DNA of 33,205 nucleotides from a virus (Duplodnaviria; Heunggongvirae; Uroviricota; Caudoviricetes): IMG/VR virus record IMGVR_UViG_2617270988_000009; one strand, 5' to 3'. Shown piece by piece: positions 26,728 to 33,205 of this stretch (position 1 is its first letter; each line of letters starts with the position of its first letter). The notes under the pieces were generated by a model. It saw only the letters and a program-made list of their open reading frames with translations, ran no database searches and was not told where the DNA came from. The position numbers and the translations under genes were made by a program.

Positions 26728-27186
26728 CTAGTTAATACACTGAGTGCGGATATATTCCTGAAGCATTCTCAATGCTGCCTGGTCGCTGATGATTCCGTCT
26801 CTGATACCGAGAACGTTTCGTCCAGCAACCGGAGAGAGTTCGACGGCGGCATCATTGCCCACGCCGGAGGTGCCGGTGGCTTCACGCACGGTACCGGGGC
26901 AGGTGGCGTTGATCCGCAGGCGCTTACGACCAGCGGCAACATCAGCACGCAGAGTTTCATTTTCAGCTCTCGCATCGGCTAATTCCCTCGAGTATTTTGC
27001 ATCGAGCGCAGCAACATCGCGCTGGCGCACCTGCATATCAGTAATGGTTGCGTTTGCCAGCTCCAGCTCTCTGGCTTTTTTATCGCGCTGCGCTTTGTAG
27101 GTGATGACGTTATCGCGGTAATGATTCAGCCCCAGACTAAGCGCACCACAGACCACCAGCAGAATAACGGTAAACGCGGAAAGCAT
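26728..27186 (-). CDS. Rz: i-spanin Rz
   Basis: Translation from MLSAFTVILLVVCGALSLGLNHYRDNVITYKAQRDKKARELELANATITDMQVRQRDVAALDAKY... is highly similar to lambda Rz. Confidence 0.9.
   Translation of the reverse strand: MLSAFTVILLVVCGALSLGLNHYRDNVITYKAQRDKKARELELANATITDMQVRQRDVAALDAKYSRELADARAENETLRADVAAGRKRLRINATCPGTVREATGTSGVGNDAAVELSPVAGRNVLGIRDGIISDQAALRMLQEYIRTQCIN
26769..26975 (-). CDS. Rz1: o-spanin Rz1 (lipoprotein embedded in the +1 frame of Rz)
   Basis: MRELKMKLCVLMLPLVVSACGS...VKPPAPPAW closely parallels lambda Rz1, including the lipobox and proline-rich segment. Confidence 0.85.
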   Translation of the reverse strand: MRELKMKLCVLMLPLVVSACGSTPPAPVPCVKPPAPPAWAMMPPSNSLRLLDETFSVSETESSATRQH

Positions 27187-27423
27187 TCGGTTTATGCTCA
27201 CCCCACCAGCCCTGCCGAAGTCAACGCCATCCAGGTTATGGAAAGAAAAAGAACAACCAGCATTAGTGAAAATGAAATACCGACGATTACACAAAGGCCC
27301 TTCGCCAGCATTATGAGTTTGTCTGACATCTTTACCCCTTAATAGCAGTAATTAACCGGGCAACCACCCATAAAAACGGAATCAGCCAGACCAGCAAAAA
27401 TTTCCAGTCCGTTTTTATCATCT

Positions 27424-28119
27424 TCATGCTGCGGTAGCTCTCCATGCAGCAAGCAGACCAGCAATCCACTGAACACCTTTTGGGGTGAATTTAACCTGCG
27501 TAAAAGCATGACCATTGCCCGCCTCGCCCGTTTTCACGCTAAACCGCCCCGCATCCAGGTGATGCGAGTAAGGCGTCATTTTTCCAGCGAGGCGATACAT
27601 TATTCCGTTCTCCAACAAAAACAGCCGGAAATCGGTTTCTTTGATACCGAGTAACTTAGCAACTTCCCGGAATCCCATCAGACCAGATGCTTCAACATAG
27701 TTATCAACAAATTCAGCCTTCGGCGCTGCTATTGCCAGTTGATTTTCCAGCACTGCTTTCTGTTCAGCCAGTTTTGCCGCAAATCGCAACGCCTCAGGTA
27801 AAGTCCGGGGGATCTGAATACCATGCATCGCTTTGAGTCTTGCCAGCACAGAACGACGAACGGCCTTTGACTCCCTCATGCCAACGAGCATCATCTGGTC
27901 AAAATCCAGATCATAGTATGCCGTTCTTGTCTGGTTATTGTTTAACCGGAATTTTTTTCCGGTTCCATCAAGCTCTAGCTCATCCTCAATTTTTGCAAGA
28001 AACTTACGCGGTTCATGAGGGACTTCTCCGGCTTCTGCCCGGGCTGGATTAATAATGTTATTCAGAAAATCCAGACTACTCATGGATATTTCATGATCGA
28101 TAGAAATCATCTCTTTCAT
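27424..28119 (-). CDS. phage antirepressor-like protein (KilA-C / Ant domain), inserted between endolysin and Rz
   Basis: C-terminal region ...PKAEFVDNYVEASGLMGFREVAKLLGIKETDFRLFLLENG... resembles the KilA-C antirepressor domain. Confidence 0.6.
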   Translation of the reverse strand: MKEMISIDHEISMSSLDFLNNIINPARAEAGEVPHEPRKFLAKIEDELELDGTGKKFRLNNNQTRTAYYDLDFDQMMLVGMRESKAVRRSVLARLKAMHGIQIPRTLPEALRFAAKLAEQKAVLENQLAIAAPKAEFVDNYVEASGLMGFREVAKLLGIKETDFRLFLLENGIMYRLAGKMTPYSHHLDAGRFSVKTGEAGNGHAFTQVKFTPKGVQWIAGLLAAWRATAA

Positions 28120-28392
28120 GGTTGATTCCTTTTAGTGATGAACCCTGCGCACAGGAATAACCAGCCCAAAGAGGGTTAACCAGACCACTGCCGGTTATCC
28201 ACCAGGGCTCATCCTGAAAGGTTCTTTGGTTTATTTACGCTTGTGCGAAGCACAGAAATGACAAAGGCACCATTACGGTGCCTCTGCGTGAAATAATCTG
28301 CCTAACTTTATTCACTTACATTTTGCCAGTTCGCAGGATTTCGTGTTATCCGCCCGCGCTGGCCAACGTCATTTTTCAGCAAAATATTCTGC

Positions 28393-28926
28393 TTATCTGT
28401 CGATTCCCCAGCACGCCAGAGCGCTCTCCTGGTCACGACGGGATACCTGACCATAACAGTTATTTGAGCGAATACGGCAGTCTCTGCCACCGTCCTTAAT
28501 CCACCAGCGAATCGCTTCGCAGGCACCTTTTCGATCTCCTGCATTAATTCGTTTATAAAACGTCGACGGGAAACACTTACCTGGGCCAATGTTGTAAGGA
28601 CAGAATGACGCAATACCCGCTTTCTGGGGTTCAGTCAGTGGCACTTTGATGTTTTTCGCCACCCATGCCAGCGCCTTATCACGCTCAATGGCGTTAACCC
28701 GGTCGCATTTTTCCTTCGACAACTTCATGCCCGGAACGACAGGTTTACCATCCACCAGGATGGCACCGCGGCAGATGGTCCAGATACCCGCGCCATCACG
28801 GTATGCCGTGGTGTGGTTACCTTCCTTTTCATCCAGAAACTGGTCGAGGATTTCAGGCGCAGGCGCACCTGCGGCAATCAGCGCCAGAACGGCAGCCGAC
28901 AGGCCGTATTTGATTTTGGTGTTCAT
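28393..28926 (-). CDS. R: endolysin, T4-lysozyme-like muramidase with N-terminal signal-anchor-release (SAR) segment
   Basis: Hydrophobic Gly/Ala-rich N-terminus (LSAAVLALIAAGAPAP) followed by the lysozyme catalytic region E..EG...AYRDGAGIWTICRG. Confidence 0.85.
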   Translation of the reverse strand: MNTKIKYGLSAAVLALIAAGAPAPEILDQFLDEKEGNHTTAYRDGAGIWTICRGAILVDGKPVVPGMKLSKEKCDRVNAIERDKALAWVAKNIKVPLTEPQKAGIASFCPYNIGPGKCFPSTFYKRINAGDRKGACEAIRWWIKDGGRDCRIRSNNCYGQVSRRDQESALACWGIDR

Positions 28927-28976
28927 GGATATTTATCAGGGTTTATCGATTTCAAATCCCTGGATATGTTAAGTCT

Positions 28977-29321
28977 TCAGGCCAGCGGTGGAGTCTTCAG
29001 AGAACCAGTAATTATTCCCGGTAGTTTTCCTCTGTAGGTTATCAACACATCCTGCGCCTCTAAAATTACGGGGCGCTTTTCCGGCAACGGACCATCCCCT
29101 TCACATAACCCGGCAGCAACATCCATGAAAAACTGCTTCGCCTGCTTTTTCGCCTCAGCTTCGTAAAACTCCAGCGTGGCATCTTCAGTACGGTCAAGAC
29201 TAATCGCCACATCTGGCAACAACAGTGACGGATACCCACCAATTTCCAGTGCCACAGTAACAGTAATCTTATTCGGGTAATTATTTATCCCTTTAACAAC
29301 CAGTTCGTATTTTTTCTTCAT
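28977..29321 (-). CDS. hypothetical protein (114 aa) between holin and endolysin
   Basis: Six-frame ORF on the late strand filling the S-R gap; no recognised family. Confidence 0.45.
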   Translation of the reverse strand: MKKKYELVVKGINNYPNKITVTVALEIGGYPSLLLPDVAISLDRTEDATLEFYEAEAKKQAKQFFMDVAAGLCEGDGPLPEKRPVILEAQDVLITYRGKLPGIITGSLKTPPLA

Positions 29322-29325
29322 CGCT

Positions 29326-29541
29326 TTACTCTCCCCGCGCCGCCTTACGACGGTCCTCTCTGATTTTGAAATACAGGTTAGTCAGATATGTCAGCAGCCC
29401 AAACAACAGACTCCCCAGCACGCCTATTGCCGCCCACTGAGACGGGGAAACCCTGTCCAGCAACTGCAGGAACCAGTAGCCCGTTCCCACCGCTGACGTG
29501 GTGTATGACACACCTGTTGTGATTTTTTCCATCTGGTACAT
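29326..29541 (-). CDS. S: holin, phage-21 S-type pinholin, with dual start (MYQ-MEK)
   Basis: [71 protein letters not shown] closely matches S21-type pinholins. Confidence 0.85.
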   Translation of the reverse strand: MYQMEKITTGVSYTTSAVGTGYWFLQLLDRVSPSQWAAIGVLGSLLFGLLTYLTNLYFKIREDRRKAARGE

Positions 29542-29617
29542 ACCCCGTCTCCCGCAATCCGGAAGCTCACAACAATATAAAGACCACCGGCACACACCGA
29601 TGGTCCCTTGCGCATGC

Positions 29618-29863
29618 TTACATCATCATGTCGCTGTCAGGTGTAGGTTCACCGCCATCTGAAGCACTCCCGTCACCCGCGATACCTTCCGGCTCAGGAA
29701 CCGCTGCTACGCCCAGCAGCTCATCCAGAATGGCATCCACTTCTGCATCAAGACGCGACTCAAGATTCTGGCGAAGTTTCTGTTTCAGTGCGCTCCGGAC
29801 TTCTTCAGAGCGCAGGACTTCCTTCACTGCCTCTGCAGTGACCAGGGATGTGATTTCTGACAT
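29618..29863 (-). CDS. hypothetical protein (~81 aa from [17 protein letters not shown]...), acidic C-terminus
   Basis: ORF upstream of the holin on the late strand; start chosen at an internal Met, the longer frame being hydrophobic junk. Confidence 0.4.
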   Translation of the reverse strand: MSEITSLVTAEAVKEVLRSEEVRSALKQKLRQNLESRLDAEVDAILDELLGVAAVPEPEGIAGDGSASDGGEPTPDSDMMM

Positions 29864-30210
29864 GGGATTTTCTCGCTGAAAGGGGTTGTTAAGGAGTAAC
29901 GGGTTCTTCGGGTTTGCTTCCGGCTGACTGACTGGCGCTGATTTTCTCAGCGGCCCTTTTATCAATCTGCCTGCACCAGAAATCGCGCACAGCCCTGTAC
30001 CCACCCGAAAGAAGATACAGCACACAGACCGCCGTACAGAAGTACAGCATCACCTGATGAATAAATGTCATAATTTCTTACCGTTATGGTTGACAATGAG
30101 AATTGTTTTCATTTAAAAAACCAATGTACGAAAGCATCTTTTCTTTACATTCTCCATTGGGATTACCTCCGCCAGCTTCCATTCCTGCCGCTGGCGGCTT
30201 TTTTTAGCAA

Positions 30211-32091
30211 TTATGCGGCTGCTCCAGCTTTGTTTGCTTTAACTTCCACCGTATCAATAAGTACAGGGTAGGTTTCTGCACTACCTGTAATATCCGTAAT
30301 GACAAACCTGTTGAGTCCATTAGCAGTATTGGCCCATTTCACCAGGTCAAACGCCTGTCCATCCACACCATCAAGCACCGGAGTAACATTAATGCTGTTA
30401 CTGCCCTTAAATTTAAATGCAAGCGTATGCCAGTCATGGTCGAATGCGCCAAACGTGCCAAGTTCTTTTTGTTGATTAACTGTATGATGGTATGCAACAT
30501 TAATACTGGCTTTATCTGTCTGGACAAAGAAAGAACTCAGATGGCCTTCACCACCCTCACCCGGCCATTCCGCTATTCGCCAGTACAAACCAAAGGCATA
30601 CTTGTTTCTGGTTGTCTCAAGATTGACGTTTTCGGGGATTTTAAACCGGACAGCAATTTCCCCGCCTTTTTCCAGTAAAAGTTTTGCCTTGTCTGCAGCA
30701 ATATCACAGTACATTGACCAGGATTTCGCGCTGTTATTTTTCTCAATTCGCAGAGCTTTATTGCCGCTGTCATCAACCAGTGTGCGTCTGCCATACATCC
30801 CGTCCCAGCCATAAGGTTTCAGCTGATTGTCTGTAGCTTTTTTGGCATCGTAAAAAATTACAGACTCTGAGGTGGTAACCGGCCTGTCTGGAACAACCAC
30901 CCCGGCAGTACCATTAACAAACGCAGAAGACTTACCCGCGCAGCTCAGAATCGCCGTTGCCAGACGGTCGGAAATAATCCCACGGCGAGCCCATGAACTG
31001 AAATGGCTCGCCCTGTCCTGTGACGTCCAGGGGGCTGAGCTGTCACGCCATTTTGAACCGTAATAACCGATACCCGGAATGTCCGGGTCTTCTTCCGGTT
31101 TGTTCGTCGGCACATTCACCCCGTTCTCATCGGTCATGAACGGTACGAAATGGATATTCTTTTCCGTTTTATTTTTATAGCTGCCGTACACCGTCTGGTA
31201 CGTGGATTCGTTCTTCTGCTTCCAGAAATACGTCGTGTCCCCGCATATCCAGGGAACACCGCCAGCAGAGCCACCGACGCACTGGCCTGCCATATCCGCC
31301 AGGTCTGCACGGAATTTATCAACCAGCGCACCAAACTGTGCGGCATGATTTGCCGGCGTACCGCCAAAATCAAATTCCCCCTGCATCCACACCACGGCAA
31401 ACAGCACATTTTTCGGGTTCTTCTCCAGTGCCGCTTTTGTTCGACCGATAAGGTCCTTATACAGCGGCTTGTCCACACCCCAGCGGGTTGAATTCTCCGA
31501 GGCACCACTCGCGTCACTGTATGTGCCATCAGCTCCGGTGGTGAACGCTGAACCACCACGACAGCACGGAACCAGCAGAATGCCCGCATTCGCCGGTATA
31601 AACGGCAGCAGTTTTTTGGCGATATGCAGCCCCTGCCCCACGGTTCCGTACTGCCCCTTTGACAGGTCCGCTTTCGGATGGTTAAGACGGCTCATGTCCT
31701 GCACATCATGCAGACAATGGTCCGCCGGAATGATGTCGTTATATTTGCATGCTGCACCGCCCGGTGTCACCGTACTGCGACGCGCCAGTTGCTTAATACG
31801 CGGGTCCGGACGGTCATATGTCCCCGGCAGCGGAAGGCCTTCACCATACGACATGCCGTTTGACTGCCCTGCCAGAACCACAACAAAGTAATACTCCGGG
31901 TCGCTGGTGGCGCTGATTACTGCACCTTCTGCTGCAATCGCCTGCATCAGAGTATAAGGGGTTATGGCCACCGGACTACCAAACGGCTGCCAGCCCTCTT
32001 TCAGTTTATGTGTCAGCTTTTCCGCAAGATCTGACGGCGACGCCGCCCTGACAACATCATAGTGTTTAAATGCCATGGTTCTTTCCACCAT
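30211..32091 (-). CDS. prophage sialate O-acetylesterase (NanS-p-like; DUF1737 N-terminus + SASA/SGNH esterase domain); alternative start at 32076 (MAFKHYD...)
   Basis: N-terminus MAFKHYDVVRAASPSDLAEKLTHKLKEGWQPFG (DUF1737-like) followed by the esterase motif VVLAGQSNGMSYG; position between the tRNA cluster and the holin. Confidence 0.8.
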   Translation of the reverse strand: MVERTMAFKHYDVVRAASPSDLAEKLTHKLKEGWQPFGSPVAITPYTLMQAIAAEGAVISATSDPEYYFVVVLAGQSNGMSYGEGLPLPGTYDRPDPRIKQLARRSTVTPGGAACKYNDIIPADHCLHDVQDMSRLNHPKADLSKGQYGTVGQGLHIAKKLLPFIPANAGILLVPCCRGGSAFTTGADGTYSDASGASENSTRWGVDKPLYKDLIGRTKAALEKNPKNVLFAVVWMQGEFDFGGTPANHAAQFGALVDKFRADLADMAGQCVGGSAGGVPWICGDTTYFWKQKNESTYQTVYGSYKNKTEKNIHFVPFMTDENGVNVPTNKPEEDPDIPGIGYYGSKWRDSSAPWTSQDRASHFSSWARRGIISDRLATAILSCAGKSSAFVNGTAGVVVPDRPVTTSESVIFYDAKKATDNQLKPYGWDGMYGRRTLVDDSGNKALRIEKNNSAKSWSMYCDIAADKAKLLLEKGGEIAVRFKIPENVNLETTRNKYAFGLYWRIAEWPGEGGEGHLSSFFVQTDKASINVAYHHTVNQQKELGTFGAFDHDWHTLAFKFKGSNSINVTPVLDGVDGQAFDLVKWANTANGLNRFVITDITGSAETYPVLIDTVEVKANKAGAAA

Positions 32092-32336
32092 CTGAAAAAT
32101 GATTCTTTAAAATACCTGACATGTAATACAGAAAAAACACAAAACCATACCTTAAATAAAAACCTCATCATCAAGCAGATATGCATGGATAAACTACAAG
32201 ACGAGATATAAACCACCCTGCATTTAAATAAACAATAAACAACATCAGAAAAATAATTCTGCTCTATGGTTTACATTCAAAAATATCATTTATACTTTTC
32301 AGAACATCACCAGCAATGCATAAACAAGGAAACCAA

Positions 32337-32672
32337 ATGAAGTGGATTGTGATTGATACAGTTATCCAGCCATCATGCGGAATATCTTTTTCAGTCATAT
32401 GGAGTAAAATAAAATTAATAATCTGGTATCAATCGGATGCTTTCTTACCTCCTGAAAGTATATTTACACTGACTCACACAGGCATCATGCTCAATAACAA
32501 AGTGCTACCTGTAACCATTTACAACGTAGTACCATTCAATAAAACATTCTGGAATTTAATCAAAAACAGCCAGGAATGCCCTACAAATACAGATAACGTA
32601 TTGAATGAATGCTTTAATAACCGTTGCACTCTGCAAATATGTCCTTATGGGCTAAAACAACAAAGTCCATAA
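32337..32672 (+). CDS. hypothetical low-GC protein (111 aa, [15 protein letters not shown]...), opposite strand to the late operon
   Basis: AGGAAA ribosome-binding site 7 nt upstream of ATG; an uninterrupted 111-codon frame in AT-rich DNA. Confidence 0.45.
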   Translation: MKWIVIDTVIQPSCGISFSVIWSKIKLIIWYQSDAFLPPESIFTLTHTGIMLNNKVLPVTIYNVVPFNKTFWNLIKNSQECPTNTDNVLNECFNNRCTLQICPYGLKQQSP

Positions 32673-32706
32673 GGAGTTTACTCACATCTGACAAAATCAA
32701 TATAAA

Positions 32707-32728
32707 CAGCCCCTCCGGAGAGGGGCTG
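32707..32728 (-). terminator. strong hairpin (AGCCCCTC-CGGA-GAGGGGCT) with T-rich tail on the minus strand; candidate late-operon tR'-like terminator, possibly bidirectional
   Basis: Perfect 8-bp GC-rich stem with 4-nt loop; TTTATATTGATTTT follows on the minus strand; also lies 35 nt past the plus-strand ORF stop. Confidence 0.45.
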
Positions 32729-32963
32729 GAGAGTGGCGCTATGTGCCATTGCATGGTGCCGGGTGCCTCCCGGTGAATTCAGTACCAGCACCTGAATCCG
32801 CGATTATCCCATATACCTACTCGCTGATTGCCCCTCCGCACAGGGGGATTCACCATGCCAGTTTCTTTTAACAAACTCCCCGCAAACCAGACAACAGTCA
32901 ACCGCCTGAATTGTGAGACATTTAAAAAAAAGGCCCGCAAAAGCGAGCCAGGGAAAATAAGTG

Positions 32964-33040
32964 TGGCGCGTTGTACTGGATTCGAACCAGTGACCGATTG
33001 CTTAGAAGGCAATTGCTCTGTCCGGCTGAGCTAACAACGC
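32964..33040 (-). tRNA. tRNA-Arg (anticodon UCU)
   Basis: Reverse complement folds as a canonical cloverleaf: 7-bp acceptor stem GCGTTGT/ACAACGC, D-arm GCTC...GAGC, anticodon loop CTTCTAA, T-arm ACTGG-TTCGAAT-CCAGT, 3' CCA. Confidence 0.85.
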
Positions 33041-33053
33041 AGGATACAGATAA

Positions 33054-33130
33054 TGGACCGCCTTCGGGGACCCGAACTCTGCGCAACCAGCTTCGAAAGC
33101 TGGCGCTCTTTCCTGATGAGCTAATGGCGG
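33054..33130 (-). tRNA. tRNA-like sequence, Arg (anticodon UCG)-like, with a degenerate T-arm; possibly a divergent phage tRNA or pseudo-tRNA
   Basis: Good acceptor (6/7 pairs), D-arm and anticodon arm (CCAGC-TTTCGAA-GCTGG), but the T-stem pairs poorly and the T-loop reads TTCGGGT. Confidence 0.4.
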
Positions 33131-33137
33131 TATGTGA

Positions 33138-33205
33138 TGGTGGCCCTTGCTGGATTTGAACCAGCGACCTGGCGATTATGAGTCGCTCGCTCTCACCACT
33201 GAGCT
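33138..33205 (-). tRNA. tRNA-Ile2 (anticodon CAU, ileX/ileZ-like), 5' end cut by the window edge
   Basis: Reverse complement AGCTCAGTGGTGAGAGCGAGCGACTCATAATCGCCAGGTCGCTGGTTCAAATCCAGCAAGGGCCACCA is nearly identical in layout to the recalled E. coli ileX. Confidence 0.7.

Larger units (their letters stand above)
9336..33205. mobile_element. lambdoid (lambda/HK97-like, cos-type) prophage, late region on the minus strand; defective (tail-tip genes deleted); continues past the window end
   Basis: Contiguous tRNA cluster, nanS-p, S-R-Rz/Rz1 lysis genes, HNH, terminases, head and tail genes; host potB ends at the left junction. Confidence 0.85.

Noticed and set aside
32092-32960. Shiga toxin genes in the tRNA-to-nanS interval
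   Set aside because: No frame in either strand gives an StxA-like (~315 aa) or StxB-like (~89 aa) product; the only plausible ORF is a 111-aa protein on the opposite strand with no resemblance I can recognise.
1-33205. Insertion sequences or transposase genes
   Set aside because: No transposase-like ORF or terminal inverted repeats were seen; the mobility genes present are an integrase and phage packaging functions only.

Overview
Enterobacterial (Escherichia coli-like) chromosome segment with two horizontally acquired elements flanking a conserved host block. (1) 1..~4525: the integrase-proximal end of a P4/CP4-type integrative element on the minus strand, with a tyrosine integrase, an AlpA-family regulator, a small ribbon-helix-helix-like gene beside palindromic operator-like sites, and a compact operon of small unknown ORFs. 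(2) 4727..9356: host genes roxA (ycfD), pepT, potA, potB. (3) ~9336..33205 (continues past the window): the late half of a lambdoid, cos-type, HK97-like prophage on the minus strand. It carries an ileZ/argN/argO-like tRNA cluster, a NanS-p-like sialate O-acetylesterase, a pinholin / SAR-endolysin / Rz-Rz1 lysis cassette with an antirepressor inserted, HNH endonuclease, candidate cos site, terminases, a prohead protease-capsid fusion, portal, a 461-aa protein with five near-identical 54-aa tandem repeats, and tail genes U, V, G/G-T, H, M. The tail module stops inside gene L at codon ~26, so L (rest), K, I, J are absent and the prophage is defective, yet a low-GC leucine-rich-repeat effector-like gene is retained between the deletion and potB. 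The potB 3' end appears rewritten at the junction and potC is missing from its expected position. No Shiga toxin genes occupy the slot between the tRNAs and nanS; an opposite-strand low-GC ORF sits there instead. All calls rest on reading the sequence and recalled protein families; no database search was run.
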